Below are positions 8,508-17,936 of a stretch of 32,667 bases of DNA, piece after piece. A program made the translations under genes and the position numbers. Source of the stretch: Bacteroidota bacterium (GTDB taxonomy: Bacteria > Bacteroidota > Ignavibacteria > Ignavibacteriales > Ignavibacteriaceae); the NCBI GenBank assembly GCA_030706105.1, contig JAUZPC010000001.1, positions 1 through 32,667 on the forward strand, read 5' to 3'. Position 1 is the first letter of the stretch. Every line of letters starts with the position of its first letter. The notes beneath the pieces are model-generated. The model saw only the letters and a program-made list of their open reading frames with translations. It made no database searches and was not told the DNA's origin.

Positions 8508-8513
8508 AATCAC

Positions 8514-8876
8514 CTAAAATTTCAATCCGCCTTCTCGTGCGCCGTCTGCTATTGCCTGGATTCTCCCATGGTATCTATAACCATTTCTATCAAAGACAGC
8601 ATCAGTAATTTTAAGCTCTACAGCTTTTTTAGCTACTAATGAACCGACTAATTTGCTTTTAGCAACTTTACCTTTAGCGGTTTTAATTTCTTCCTGAATC
8701 TCTTTTGATAAAGTAGATGCAGAAGCTAATGTTTTGCCTGATAAATCATCAATTAACTGGGCATAAACATTAGTTAGACTACGGTAAACAGTTAATCTTG
8801 GTTTAACGGCGTTACCGGAAATTTTTTTTCTAATTTTGATTTTAGAACGAACTCTACTATTTTTCTTGTTAATCAT
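8514..8876 (-). CDS. rplR: 50S ribosomal protein L18
   Basis: The track ORF is 139 aa, but its first 19 codons overlap rplF. The ATG at 8874-8876 (MINKKNSRVRSKIKIRKKISGNAVKPRLTVYRS...) gives a normal 120-aa L18 and has GGAG upstream. The C-terminus ...FDRNGYRYHGRIQAIADGAREGGLKF is canonical. Confidence 0.95.
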   Translation of the reverse strand: MINKKNSRVRSKIKIRKKISGNAVKPRLTVYRSLTNVYAQLIDDLSGKTLASASTLSKEIQEEIKTAKGKVAKSKLVGSLVAKKAVELKITDAVFDRNGYRYHGRIQAIADGAREGGLKF

Positions 8877-8898
8877 CTCAACAAATCTCCAAATTATT

Positions 8899-9441
8899 TT
8901 ATTTACCGGCCGTTTTACCAGCTTTACGTACAATTACTTCATCAGAATATTTAATACCCTTACCTTTATATGGTTCAGGTGGTCTGATGGATCTAATTTT
9001 TGCAGCTACCAAGCCAACAAGTTGTTTATCTATACCTGAGATAACAATTTGAGTTGGAGTAGGGGCACTAAATGTAATACCTTCTGCAGGCATAAAATAA
9101 ATCGGATGTGAATAACCGATATTGATTAATAAGTTAGTACCTTTAAGTTCCACTCTGTAACCGACACCAACGATGTCTAATGTTTTTTTGTACTCTTCGT
9201 GGACTCCTGTAACCATGTTCTGCAATAATGCTCTGGTAAGTCCATGCAAAGATCTATTTTCTTTTACATCATCGGGTCTTTTTACGTTAATTTCACTCTC
9301 AGCAATTTCAACCACCATATTTGGATGGCAGACTTGAGAAAGCTCACCTTTAGGGCCTTTAATGGTTACCGTATTATTATCGCTTAATTTAGCGGTTACA
9401 CCCTGAGGCAGAACTATTGTTTTTTTACCAATTCTTGACAC
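8899..9441 (-). CDS. rplF: 50S ribosomal protein L6
   Basis: The track starts at TTG 9445-9447, only 1 nt after AGGAG. GTG at 9439-9441 lies 7 nt after the AGGAG and gives MSRIGKKTIVLPQGV..., the conserved L6 N-terminus (compare E. coli MSRVAK...). About 180 aa. Confidence 0.94.
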   Translation of the reverse strand: MSRIGKKTIVLPQGVTAKLSDNNTVTIKGPKGELSQVCHPNMVVEIAESEINVKRPDDVKENRSLHGLTRALLQNMVTGVHEEYKKTLDIVGVGYRVELKGTNLLINIGYSHPIYFMPAEGITFSAPTPTQIVISGIDKQLVGLVAAKIRSIRPPEPYKGKGIKYSDEVIVRKAGKTAGK

Positions 9442-9462
9442 TTTCAAACTCCTAGTATAATG

Positions 9463-9858
9463 TTACCAGATATAACAAACGACTTCACCACCGAGCGACT
9501 TACTTTTGGCTTCTTTATCAGTCATTAATCCTTTAGAAGTAGAAATAACTGCAATACCTAAGCCGTTATAAACTTTAGGTAAAGTATCAAAACTCTTATA
9601 AACTCTTAATCCGGGGGTGCTAATTCTTTTTAAACCAGATACGGCAGAAACACCATTAACGTATTTTAATTTTACTTTTAATATATTCTGTTTAGTATCT
9701 TCTATAACAGTATAATCTTCAACGAAGTTATACTTCTTTAATATTTCAGCTAAACTGATCTTTAACTTAGAACAAGGTATTTCTACATTTACTTTTTTTG
9801 CTTTAGCAGCATTTCTAATTCTTGTTAAGAAATCAGCAATTGAATCTGTAACAGGCAT
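9463..9858 (-). CDS. rpsH: 30S ribosomal protein S8
   Basis: 131 aa. [17 protein letters not shown]... and C-terminal ...[14 protein letters not shown] lies 8 nt upstream of the ATG. Confidence 0.97.
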   Translation of the reverse strand: MPVTDSIADFLTRIRNAAKAKKVNVEIPCSKLKISLAEILKKYNFVEDYTVIEDTKQNILKVKLKYVNGVSAVSGLKRISTPGLRVYKSFDTLPKVYNGLGIAVISTSKGLMTDKEAKSKSLGGEVVCYIW

Positions 9859-9872
9859 CTACTTTTCCTCCT

Positions 9873-10142
9873 CTACCAACTAGATTTTTTAAGACCAGGA
9901 ATTTCGCCTCTTAAACCCATTTCTCTAAGAACTAAGCGGGAAATACCAAATTTTCTATAATAACTACGCGATCTACCGGTAAACATACAACGGTTATGCA
10001 GTCTTGTAGGCGCAGAATCGCGCGGTAATTTTTGCAAAGCGATGTAGTCTCCTTTAGCTTTCAATTCTTCTCTTATCTTAGAATACTTCGCAACAATTTC
10101 CTTGCGTCTATTTTCTCTAGCAATTAAGCTTTTTCTTGCCAT
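9873..10142 (-). CDS. rpsN: 30S ribosomal protein S14 (long, non-zinc form)
   Basis: 89 aa. [15 protein letters not shown]... and ...[43 protein letters not shown]. No CxxC pairs, so this is the long C-minus type. Confidence 0.96.
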   Translation of the reverse strand: MARKSLIARENRRKEIVAKYSKIREELKAKGDYIALQKLPRDSAPTRLHNRCMFTGRSRSYYRKFGISRLVLREMGLRGEIPGLKKSSW

Positions 10143-10157
10143 TAATAAATACTCCTG

Positions 10158-10835
10158 TTAAGCGGTTTTAATTTCTTTTTTCCTGAAAGGTACACCAAAA
10201 GCTTGAAGCAGTTCAAAGGCTTCATTATCACTCTGTGCTGTAGTAACAAATGTTATATCCATACCAACAACTTTGGTAATTCTATCAGCATCAATTTCAG
10301 GGAAGATGATTTGCTCTCTAATACCAATTGTGTAGTTACCTCTGCCGTCAAAAGATTTATCGGAAACACCCTTAAAATCTCTTACACGAGGTAAAGCAAC
10401 GTTAATTAGTCTGTCTAAAAACTCATACATTTTTACTCGGCGTAAGGTAACCATTGCACCAATTGCTAAACCTTCTCTTAATTTAAAATTAGAGATAGCT
10501 TTTTTAGCTTTACGTACACTTGCCTTTTGTCCGGTTATTGTTTCAAGTTCTTTTACTGCTTCTTCTAAAATTTTTGGATCTGAAACGGCAGCACCCAAGC
10601 CCATATTTACAACAATTTTGTGTAAACGAGGCACCTGCATAATGCTCTTATAATTAAATTTCTTATTTAATGCCGGAACAATTTCAGCTTTGTAAGTATC
10701 AGCTAATCTTGTAGCAATTTTAATTTCAGGGGTAGAAGCTGCTCCTTTGGAATCCTTTTTAGCTGCTTTAGCTACTTTTCCGGGAGCTTTCTTTGTCTGT
10801 TCTGTATTTTCTTGTTTAGATTTTTTATCTGCCAT
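10158..10835 (-). CDS. rplE: 50S ribosomal protein L5 with ~40-aa K/A-rich N-terminal extension
   Basis: 225 aa. The core from ...[39 protein letters not shown]... aligns with the L5 N-terminus. It is preceded by [40 protein letters not shown]. The ATG at 10833-10835 is 27 nt after the rplX stop. I saw no convincing internal start with an SD. Confidence 0.93.
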   Translation of the reverse strand: MADKKSKQENTEQTKKAPGKVAKAAKKDSKGAASTPEIKIATRLADTYKAEIVPALNKKFNYKSIMQVPRLHKIVVNMGLGAAVSDPKILEEAVKELETITGQKASVRKAKKAISNFKLREGLAIGAMVTLRRVKMYEFLDRLINVALPRVRDFKGVSDKSFDGRGNYTIGIREQIIFPEIDADRITKVVGMDITFVTTAQSDNEAFELLQAFGVPFRKKEIKTA

Positions 10836-10862
10836 TTTTTAGTGCAACCTTAGAAAAAATTT

Positions 10863-11186
10863 TTAAATCATTTCACCGCTGTTAATACTAACTCTGGCTC
10901 TCTTCTTTTTACCGGTCTTATCATCAAGGATAATCTGAGAACCAAGTCTTGTAGGAACATTTGTTTTAGGATCAATTACCATAACATTAGAGACATTTAT
11001 CGGCGCTTCTTTTTCAAAGATGCCGCCCTGCGGGTTACGCTGGGTAGGTTTTGTATGTCTTTTCCTAATGTTGATACCCTCAACAATAATTCTGTCTTCT
11101 TTAGGGAAAACTTTAAGAACTTTACCGGTTTTACTTTTATCGTTACCGGCTATAACCATTACTTTATCATTTTTGCGGATTTTCAT
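10863..11186 (-). CDS. rplX: 50S ribosomal protein L24
   Basis: 107 aa. [26 protein letters not shown]... shows the KOW motif. Sits between rplN and rplE. Confidence 0.96.
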   Translation of the reverse strand: MKIRKNDKVMVIAGNDKSKTGKVLKVFPKEDRIIVEGINIRKRHTKPTQRNPQGGIFEKEAPINVSNVMVIDPKTNVPTRLGSQIILDDKTGKKKRARVSINSGEMI

Positions 11187-11201
11187 TTAAGTCTCAACTC
11201 T

Positions 11202-11570
11202 TTATAAAACTTCTGGTGCTAAAGAAACAATTTTCATAAATTGTTTATCTCTTAATTCTCTTGCAACTGGGCCAAAAATACGAGTACCTTTAGGTTCATT
11301 TTGCGCATTTAACAACACAGCAGCGTTTTCATCAAACCGAATATAAGAGCCATCGGTTCTACGAACTTCTTTTTTGGTACGAACAATTACAGCTCTGGAA
11401 ACTTCGCCTTTTTTGACAGTACCATTTGGTATAGCAGACTTTACAGCTACTACAATAAGGTCTCCTAAGCTGGCATACTGCCTGCCGCTACCGCCAAGTA
11501 CGCGAATACATCTTACTTTTTTAGCGCCGGAATTATCGGCAACTATTAAATTAGTTTCTTCTTGAATCAT
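11202..11570 (-). CDS. rplN: 50S ribosomal protein L14
   Basis: 122 aa. [28 protein letters not shown]... and ...[12 protein letters not shown]... are near-consensus L14. Confidence 0.98.
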   Translation of the reverse strand: MIQEETNLIVADNSGAKKVRCIRVLGGSGRQYASLGDLIVVAVKSAIPNGTVKKGEVSRAVIVRTKKEVRRTDGSYIRFDENAAVLLNAQNEPKGTRIFGPVARELRDKQFMKIVSLAPEVL

Positions 11571-11592
11571 TTAACTACAACTCCTTACTTTA

Positions 11593-11850
11593 CTACTTGG
11601 CTTTTTCAACAATTTCAACTAAGCGCCATCTTTTATGTGCGCTAAGAGGTCTAGTTTCGGTTATTTTTACTTTATCGCCTAAGACACATTCATTTTTTTC
11701 GTCATGTGCCATAAACTTAGTAGTTTTCTTAAAATACTTTTTATAAATAGGATGTGGAACTTTTCTTTCAATTGCAACAGTAATTGTTTTGTCCATTTTG
11801 TTACTAACAACAATACCAACTCTGGTTTTTCTTAAGCCGCGTGTCTCCAT
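11593..11850 (-). CDS. rpsQ: 30S ribosomal protein S17
   Basis: 85 aa. ...[37 protein letters not shown]....GD.V.I.ETRPLS. The ATG overlaps the rpmC stop as TAATG. Confidence 0.96.
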   Translation of the reverse strand: METRGLRKTRVGIVVSNKMDKTITVAIERKVPHPIYKKYFKKTTKFMAHDEKNECVLGDKVKITETRPLSAHKRWRLVEIVEKAK

Positions 11851-12068
11851 TAAGCTTTAGCTCCTTTACTATTTTTTTCTGCCGATAATCTTTGTGTAAG
11901 AATAGTTTTCATCTTAGCAATATCTTTTTGTACAAGCTTAAGTTTGGCAGTATTTGTAAGCTGTTTAAGCTGATGCGTAAACCTCAAATCTACAAGGTTT
12001 TTTTCTTCTTCATCGATGCGCTTCAGCAGCTCATCATTATTCATTTGTTTTATTTCATAAATTTTCAT
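11850..12068 (-). CDS. rpmC: 50S ribosomal protein L29
   Basis: 72 aa and helical. ...[40 protein letters not shown]. Position between rplP and rpsQ. Confidence 0.93.
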   Translation of the reverse strand: MKIYEIKQMNNDELLKRIDEEEKNLVDLRFTHQLKQLTNTAKLKLVQKDIAKMKTILTQRLSAEKNSKGAKA

Positions 12069-12084
12069 ATAAACCCTGTAATTT

Positions 12085-12501
12085 TTATTCGTAATCAGGT
12101 CTTGTTACAACTTTTGTTTTAATAGGAAGTTTATAGGAGCAAGACCTTAAAGCTTCATTGGCTATTTCCTTGGAAACACCGCTAACCTCGAATAATACTC
12201 TACCAGGTTTAACTACAGCTACCCAAAATTCAGGTGCTCCCTTTCCTTTACCCATTCTTGTTTCTAAAGGTTTTTTAGAAACTGGTTTATCAGGAAATAT
12301 TCTAATCCAAACTTTGCCATCTCTTTTCATTTTTCTAGACAAAGCAATACGGCAGGCTTCAATTTGTCTTGAAGTAATCCAATGCGGTTCTAAAGCCTTT
12401 AACCCGAAATCTCCAAAATCAACTGAGAAACCGCGCTTAGCCTTGCCCTTCATTCTTCCGCGTTGTGCTTTTCTAAACTTAACTCTTTTAGGCATTAACA
12501 T
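12085..12501 (-). CDS. rplP: 50S ribosomal protein L16
   Basis: 138 aa. [22 protein letters not shown]... The ATG at 12499-12501 is 10 nt after GGAG. Confidence 0.97.
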   Translation of the reverse strand: MLMPKRVKFRKAQRGRMKGKAKRGFSVDFGDFGLKALEPHWITSRQIEACRIALSRKMKRDGKVWIRIFPDKPVSKKPLETRMGKGKGAPEFWVAVVKPGRVLFEVSGVSKEIANEALRSCSYKLPIKTKVVTRPDYE

Positions 12502-12519
12502 AATAAAAAACTCCGAAAT

Positions 12520-13161
12520 TTAATCAGATAAACGTTTACCGAGAATTTCGCCGCGGCAGATCCAAACTTTAATACCGATGGCGCCATATATTGTTTTAGC
12601 TCTACCCTGAGCATAATCTATATCAGCTCTTATTGTATGCAATGGTATTCTACCATCTTTATACTGTTCAGTTCGTGCCATTTCTGCACCGCCCAAACGT
12701 CCAGAGCACATAATCCTGATACCTTCGGCACCCATTCTCATTGCGCTGGTAATTGCCATTTTCATAGCTCTACGGAATGAGATTCTGCCTTCAAGCTGAT
12801 TTGCAATATTTTCTGCAACTAAGTAAGCATCAAGCTCAGGTCTTTTTATTTCATTTATTTGAACTTTAACATCTTTTTGGGTGATATTTTTAAGCTCCTG
12901 CTCTAACTGGGTAATTTCTTTACCACTCTTACCAATTACCACACCCGGGCGTGAAGTATATAAAGCTAAAATAATATTTTTAGATGTCCTATCAATTATA
13001 ATCTTTGCAATACCTGCTTTTTTAAGACGCTTTCTAATATAACCGCGAAGTTTAGCATCTTCTTGAAGCTTTACTGCATAACTTTTATTTTCATACCAAT
13101 TAGAGTCCCAACCTCTAATAATTCCGACTCTTAGACCAATGGGGTTAGTTTTTTGTCCCAA
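12520..13161 (-). CDS. rpsC: 30S ribosomal protein S3
   Basis: 213 aa. [23 protein letters not shown]... with KH and S3-C domains. TTG start (13159-13161), 8 nt after AGGAGG. Confidence 0.97.
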   Translation of the reverse strand: MGQKTNPIGLRVGIIRGWDSNWYENKSYAVKLQEDAKLRGYIRKRLKKAGIAKIIIDRTSKNIILALYTSRPGVVIGKSGKEITQLEQELKNITQKDVKVQINEIKRPELDAYLVAENIANQLEGRISFRRAMKMAITSAMRMGAEGIRIMCSGRLGGAEMARTEQYKDGRIPLHTIRADIDYAQGRAKTIYGAIGIKVWICRGEILGKRLSD

Positions 13162-13179
13162 AAAAATATCCTCCTGAAA

Positions 13180-13524
13180 TTATGCTTTACTTGCGACAAC
13201 AATTGTCAAATGACAAGATCTTTTTCGGATCCTGTACGCTCTGCCCATAGGAGCAGGCGAAATTCTTTTTAATGTGGGCCCTTGATTTACGTAGGCCTCT
13301 TTTACAAATAAGTCAGCCGGTTCCAGGCGTGTAGAATCTTTCTGATTTAGCAAATTTGCAACTGCAGACCTCAATACTTTTTCAGCATCTTTTGAGGCAT
13401 GCTTAGTATGAAAGTGTAAAATTTCAATTGCTTTATCTACCGATGCACCTCTGATAAGATCTATAATTAATCTCATCTTTCTAGGTGATGAACCAATATA
13501 TCTATGTATAGCTCTAGCTTCCAT
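13180..13524 (-). CDS. rplV: 50S ribosomal protein L22
   Basis: The track begins at TTG 13531-13533, only 1 nt after AAGGA. The ATG at 13522-13524 gives MEARAIHRYIGSSPRKMRLIIDLIRG..., which matches the usual L22 N-terminus. About 114 aa. The exact start is uncertain by 3 codons. Confidence 0.93.
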   Translation of the reverse strand: MEARAIHRYIGSSPRKMRLIIDLIRGASVDKAIEILHFHTKHASKDAEKVLRSAVANLLNQKDSTRLEPADLFVKEAYVNQGPTLKRISPAPMGRAYRIRKRSCHLTIVVASKA

Positions 13525-13544
13525 TTTTTCCAAATCCTTACAAA

Positions 13545-13832
13545 TTATTTTGCTTTAGATGCTTTTTCAGCCTTAGTACCCGGATGACCTCTAAATATTC
13601 TGGTCGGGGAAAATTCGCCTAATTTATGCCCTACCATATTTTCGGTAACATATACCGGAATCATTTTGTTGCCATTATGAACAGCAATTGTATGACCTAC
13701 AAACTCTGGTAAAATAGTAGAAGCTCTTGACCAAGTTTTAATGATCTTCTTTTGACCCGATTTATTTAAATCGTCAATTTTATCTAGCAAATTATGTTCA
13801 ACAAATGGACCTTTTTTAACCGATCTTGGCAT
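13545..13832 (-). CDS. rpsS: 30S ribosomal protein S19
   Basis: 95 aa. [17 protein letters not shown]... and ...[36 protein letters not shown]. Confidence 0.98.
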   Translation of the reverse strand: MPRSVKKGPFVEHNLLDKIDDLNKSGQKKIIKTWSRASTILPEFVGHTIAVHNGNKMIPVYVTENMVGHKLGEFSPTRIFRGHPGTKAEKASKAK

Positions 13833-13840
13833 ATTACTCT

Positions 13841-14668
13841 CTACTTATTACGTCTTTTAATAATAAATTTATTAGATTGATTTTTGCGTTTCCTGGTCTT
13901 TAAACCCTTAGCTTTTTGACCCCAAGGGGAAACAGGATGACCACCGCCAGAAGTTTTACCTTCACCACCACCCATTGGGTGATCAACAGGGTTCATTGCA
14001 ACGCCACGAACATGCGGGCGTTTTCCTAACCATCTGGAACGACCGGCTTTGCCTAATGAGATATTCTCTTTTTCTGCGTTGCCAACACTTCCATAGGTTG
14101 CTAAACATTCTAATCTTACTAATCTTACTTCTCCGGATGGCATTTTTAGCTGAGCATATACGCCCTCTTTTGCCATTAACTGGATAGAAGAACCGGCGCT
14201 GCGGCCAATCTGTCCACCTTTACCCGGTTTTAGTTCTACGTTATGAATAAAACTGCCTAACGGCATTTCTTTCAATGGTAATGCATTTCCGATATTGATT
14301 TCACTGCCTGAGCCTGAAGTAACAGTATCGCCAACCTTTAAACCATTTGGAGCAAGAATGTATCTTTTTTCACCGTCTGCATAATGCAATAAAGCAATAC
14401 GTGACGTTCTGTTTGGATCATATTCTATAGAGAAAACTTTAGCCGGAACACCGAACTTGTTTCTTTTAAAATCTATTATACGATATCTTCTTTTGTGACC
14501 ACCGCCCATAAAACGGCAGGTAATTCTACCTAAATTATTTCTTCCACCGCTGCCCCTTAGAGCTACAGTTAAAGATTTTTCCGGTGTTGTTTTGGTAATT
14601 TCTTCAAAAGTAGAATTAGACCTAAAACGAGTTCCGGGAGTTACAGGTTTTAATTTATTTATGCCCAT
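13841..14668 (-). CDS. rplB: 50S ribosomal protein L2
   Basis: 275 aa. ...GRNN.GRIT.R..GGGHKR.YR.IDFKR... and ...[29 protein letters not shown]. Confidence 0.98.
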   Translation of the reverse strand: MGINKLKPVTPGTRFRSNSTFEEITKTTPEKSLTVALRGSGGRNNLGRITCRFMGGGHKRRYRIIDFKRNKFGVPAKVFSIEYDPNRTSRIALLHYADGEKRYILAPNGLKVGDTVTSGSGSEINIGNALPLKEMPLGSFIHNVELKPGKGGQIGRSAGSSIQLMAKEGVYAQLKMPSGEVRLVRLECLATYGSVGNAEKENISLGKAGRSRWLGKRPHVRGVAMNPVDHPMGGGEGKTSGGGHPVSPWGQKAKGLKTRKRKNQSNKFIIKRRNK

Positions 14669-14688
14669 TATGAAATCCTATATTCCAA

Positions 14689-14994
14689 CTATACTTGCTC
14701 AAATAAATCTATTTTATCACCCTTTTTAAGGGTAACAATAGCTTTTTTAAATTGTGATGTTCTTCCTGTAAATCTTCCGCCTTTTCTAAACTGGGTTTTA
14801 ACTTTCCCAGGATGTCTGACTGTATTTACAGATGCAACCTTCACATTAAATCTCTTTTCAATAGCTTTTGCAATATCAATTTTATTAGAATCAACATTAA
14901 CAATAAAGCCGTATTTAACTTCACCTGCTTCCGTAGCAGCAGTGATGTTATTCATTTTCTCAGTTATTAAGGGTTTAATTAAAATATTATTCAT
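14689..14994 (-). CDS. rplW: 50S ribosomal protein L23
   Basis: 101 aa. ...IKPLITEKMNNITA... and ...KIDIAKAIEKRFNVKVASVNT. The ATG lies 1 nt after the rplD stop. Confidence 0.94.
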   Translation of the reverse strand: MNNILIKPLITEKMNNITAATEAGEVKYGFIVNVDSNKIDIAKAIEKRFNVKVASVNTVRHPGKVKTQFRKGGRFTGRTSQFKKAIVTLKKGDKIDLFEQV

Positions 14995-14995
14995 A

Positions 14996-15643
14996 TTAGC
15001 TTAGCTCCTCTTTCATAGCACCGAAAGTCTTCTGGATATCTTCAACAGCACTTTTCTGCATTACAAGTACCTGATTATTTAGTATCTCATAAGTAGAGGC
15101 TTTTGCAGCTTCAAGAATATTTACTTTAGCTATATTTCTACCGGATACAAAAACATTTGTACCTTTATTACCGGTAAGCAATAATACCTTTTTACCGTTT
15201 ATTTTCAAATTTTTCAATATTTCTGCAAATTCTTTTGTCTTAGGCTGTTCGAAGCTGAAATCATCTACAACCAACAATTGAGAATCTTTAACTTTATAAG
15301 AAAAAGCAGATTTACGGGCAAGACGTTTAATCTTTTTAGGAAGATCTTGTCTGTAATCTCTCGGGCGAGGACCGAATATTGTACCTCCACCTACCCACAA
15401 TGGTGAGCGGGATGTACCGGCACGTGAGCCTCCGCGTCCTTTTTGTTTCCAAGGCTTTTTACCGCCTCCTCTAACTTCGCCTCTTTCTTTAGCTTTACTT
15501 GTACCTTGTCTCTGGTTCGCTAAATAAGATTTAACTGCTAAATAAATTGCATGATCGTTCGGTTCGATATTAAATATATCTTCCGCAAGATCTATTTGCT
15601 CTCCAGATGCAGTTCCATCAATTTTTAAAATATCTAATTTCAT
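14996..15643 (-). CDS. rplD: 50S ribosomal protein L4
   Basis: 215 aa. ...QRQGTSKAKERGEVRGGGKKPWKQKGRGGSRAGTSRSPLWVGGGTIFGPRPRDY... Confidence 0.97.
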   Translation of the reverse strand: MKLDILKIDGTASGEQIDLAEDIFNIEPNDHAIYLAVKSYLANQRQGTSKAKERGEVRGGGKKPWKQKGRGGSRAGTSRSPLWVGGGTIFGPRPRDYRQDLPKKIKRLARKSAFSYKVKDSQLLVVDDFSFEQPKTKEFAEILKNLKINGKKVLLLTGNKGTNVFVSGRNIAKVNILEAAKASTYEILNNQVLVMQKSAVEDIQKTFGAMKEELS

Positions 15644-15655
15644 TATTTTTCCAGC

Positions 15656-16282
15656 TTACTTCTTAATCAACTCAACTATGGAATTAATCGAACCGGGAAC
15701 AGCTCCTTTAACAAGGATTATATTTTCTTCCGGTAAAATTTTAACAATTTTTAAATTCTGAACAGTTATAGCTTCAAAGCCTGTTCTGCCGCCCATTTTC
15801 ATACCTTTAAAAACTCTTGAAGGATATGAACTGGAGCCTATTGAACCCGGGGCTCTTAATCTATCGCTTTGGCCGTGGGTAGTTCCACCAACTCCGCCAA
15901 AACCGTGTCTTTTCATAACACCCTGAAAACCTTTACCTTTGCTTTTGCCTTTTACTCTGATTTTTTCACCTTCGGTAAATAAATCAACTTTTATTTCGTC
16001 TCCAATTTTATAAGCATCGGTTTCAGTGTATCTGTACTCTTTTAATATAGCCGAGGGTGTATCAATACCGCTTTTTGTGTATTGCCCTATTACTGGCTTA
16101 CTTACATTTTTGCTTTTCTTTTTACCAAATCCCAGTTGAAGGGCTGTATAGCCATCTTTTTCAACTGTACGGATATTAACAATTTTACATGGGCCTGCTT
16201 GTATAACAGTAACCGGAATCATCTCTCCGTCATTACCGAAAATACTTGACATTCCTAATTTTTTACCGATAAGACCAACCAT
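15656..16282 (-). CDS. rplC: 50S ribosomal protein L3
   Basis: 208 aa. MVGLIGKKLGMSSIF... and ...GKSKGKGFQGVMKRHGFGG...THGQSDRLRAPGSIG. Confidence 0.97.
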   Translation of the reverse strand: MVGLIGKKLGMSSIFGNDGEMIPVTVIQAGPCKIVNIRTVEKDGYTALQLGFGKKKSKNVSKPVIGQYTKSGIDTPSAILKEYRYTETDAYKIGDEIKVDLFTEGEKIRVKGKSKGKGFQGVMKRHGFGGVGGTTHGQSDRLRAPGSIGSSSYPSRVFKGMKMGGRTGFEAITVQNLKIVKILPEENIILVKGAVPGSINSIVELIKK

Positions 16283-16297
16283 CTTTACTCCAAATTC

Positions 16298-16606
16298 TTA
16301 AAGCTTTATCTCTATATCTACTCCCGCAGGAATATCTAATTTACTTAGAGAATCTACGGTTTTGTTATTGGAATTATGAATATCAATAATTCTTTTATGT
16401 GCTCTGGTTTCAAATTGTTCTCTGGACTTTTTATCAACGTGAGGAGACCTCAAAACCGTATAAAGAGTTCTTTTAGTTGGCAAAGGAATCGGTCCGGATA
16501 CAACTGCACCCGTACTTCTTACAGTCTTAATTATCTTTTCTGTAGATTTATCAATCAAAATATGATCGTACGATTTCAATTTTATTCTAATCTTTTGACC
16601 AGGCAC
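16298..16606 (-). CDS. rpsJ: 30S ribosomal protein S10
   Basis: 102 aa. [19 protein letters not shown]...I and ...[24 protein letters not shown] start (16604-16606), preceded by GGAG. Confidence 0.97.
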   Translation of the reverse strand: MPGQKIRIKLKSYDHILIDKSTEKIIKTVRSTGAVVSGPIPLPTKRTLYTVLRSPHVDKKSREQFETRAHKRIIDIHNSNNKTVDSLSKLDIPAGVDIEIKL

Positions 16607-16635
16607 TTAAAAACTCCTTTTAATTATTAGACCAA

Positions 16636-16665
16636 GATAGGGAGCAGTCACTTGAACTCCCTATC
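16636..16665 (-). promoter_or_regulatory. Stem-loop in the tuf-rpsJ spacer (S10 operon leader or weak tuf terminator)
   Basis: Perfect 9-bp stem, with arms GATAGGGAG at 16636-16644 and CTCCCTATC at 16657-16665 on the plus strand, and a 12-nt loop. On the minus-strand RNA it is followed by UUGGUCUAAUAAUUAAAAGGAG, so there is no U-run, and then the rpsJ GTG. Confidence 0.4.
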
Positions 16666-16679
16666 CTTAGTTTTAAAAA

Positions 16680-17885
16680 TTACTTTATAATTTTTGTTAC
16701 AACACCGGAACCAACTGTTCTGCCGCCTTCACGGATAGCAAAGCGTAAGCCTTCTTCCATAGCAATAGAATTGATCAGTTCTATTTTCAATACAACGTTA
16801 TCACCAGGCATAACCATTTCTGTACCTTCAGGTAATGTAGCAACACCTGTAACGTCAGTTGTTCTAAAATAGAATTGTGGGCGATATCCATTAAAGAATG
16901 GAGTATGACGGCCACCTTCTTCTTTTGTCAAAATATAAACTTGACCTTCAAAATTCAAATGAGGTGTAATTGAACCGGTTTTAGCTAAAACCATTCCTCT
17001 TTCGATTTCTTTTTTATCAACGCCTCTTAATAAGATACCAGCATTATCACCGGCCATAGCAGCGTCTAATTCTTTTCTAAACATTTCAACACCGGTTACA
17101 ACGGTTTTCTTATGAACGCCTAAACCGATTAATTCAACTTCTTCCTGAATCTTTACCTGACCTCTTTCAACTCTACCGGTAGCAACTGTTCCACGGCCGG
17201 TAATAGAGAAAACATCTTCCACAGGCATCAAGAATGGCTTGTCTGTCTGTCTTTCAGGAACTGGAATGTATGAATCTACTGCTTCCATTAGCTCCCAAAT
17301 GCAATTATATCTAGGATCATCTGTAGGTGCATCTGAAGCGCCTGCTTCTAATGCCTGTAATGCAGAGCCCTTAATAATTGGAATTTCGTCACCAGGGAAT
17401 TCGTATTCATTTAATAAATCTCTTAATTCTGCTTCAACAAGTTCAATAAGTTCAGGGTCATCAACCATGTCAACTTTATTCATGAACACTACCATTTTAG
17501 GAACACCAACCTGACGAGCAAGAAGGATGTGTTCTCTTGTTTGAGGCATAGGGCCATCTGTAGCAGCAACAACTAATATAGCACCGTCCATCTGAGCAGC
17601 ACCAGTGATCATGTTTTTAACATAATCGGCGTGACCAGGACAATCTACGTGTGCATAGTGTCTGTTAGCAGTTGAATATTCTACGTGAGCGGTAGCAATT
17701 GTAATACCTCTTTCACGTTCTTCAGGAGCATTATCAATACTATCAAAGGTTCTAATAGCAGACCAACCTTTTTTAGCAAGTGCCATTGTGATAGCAGCAG
17801 TTAAAGTAGTTTTACCATGATCTACGTGTCCGATAGTGCCTATGTTAACGTGAGGTTTACTCCTGTCAAATTTATCTTTGGCCAT
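16680..17885 (-). CDS. tuf: Elongation factor Tu
   Basis: 401 aa. [22 protein letters not shown] and SAL motifs. Follows fusA in str-operon order. Confidence 0.99.
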   Translation of the reverse strand: MAKDKFDRSKPHVNIGTIGHVDHGKTTLTAAITMALAKKGWSAIRTFDSIDNAPEERERGITIATAHVEYSTANRHYAHVDCPGHADYVKNMITGAAQMDGAILVVAATDGPMPQTREHILLARQVGVPKMVVFMNKVDMVDDPELIELVEAELRDLLNEYEFPGDEIPIIKGSALQALEAGASDAPTDDPRYNCIWELMEAVDSYIPVPERQTDKPFLMPVEDVFSITGRGTVATGRVERGQVKIQEEVELIGLGVHKKTVVTGVEMFRKELDAAMAGDNAGILLRGVDKKEIERGMVLAKTGSITPHLNFEGQVYILTKEEGGRHTPFFNGYRPQFYFRTTDVTGVATLPEGTEMVMPGDNVVLKIELINSIAMEEGLRFAIREGGRTVGSGVVTKIIK

Positions 17886-17936
17886 TTAAATCTCCTTTAA
17901 TTTTTCTTTTTATTTAATTTTAATATTTTCGTTTAC

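Noticed and set aside
8877-8933. 19-codon N-terminal extension of L18 in the track ORF (MYVKLVKRPVNKIIWRFVE...)
   Set aside because: It overlaps the 3' end of rplF in another frame. The internal ATG at 8874-8876 has GGAG upstream and yields a normal-length L18.
9442-9447. TTG start for rplF given by the track (MKVSRIGK...)
   Set aside because: The TTG is only 1 nt from the AGGAG. The GTG two codons downstream has ideal 7-nt spacing and gives the conserved MSRIGK N-terminus.
10716-10835. Possibility that the L5 N-terminal extension is a mis-called start
   Set aside because: I looked for an internal ATG/GTG/TTG with an SD near the canonical L5 start and found none. The upstream ATG sits at a normal distance (27 nt) from the rplX stop. 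I therefore kept it as a real extension and reported it as a finding.
13525-13533. TTG start for rplV given by the track (MEKMEARA...)
   Set aside because: The TTG is 1 nt after AAGGA. The ATG at 13522-13524 matches the conserved L22 N-terminus. This is uncertain by 3 codons and affects nothing else.
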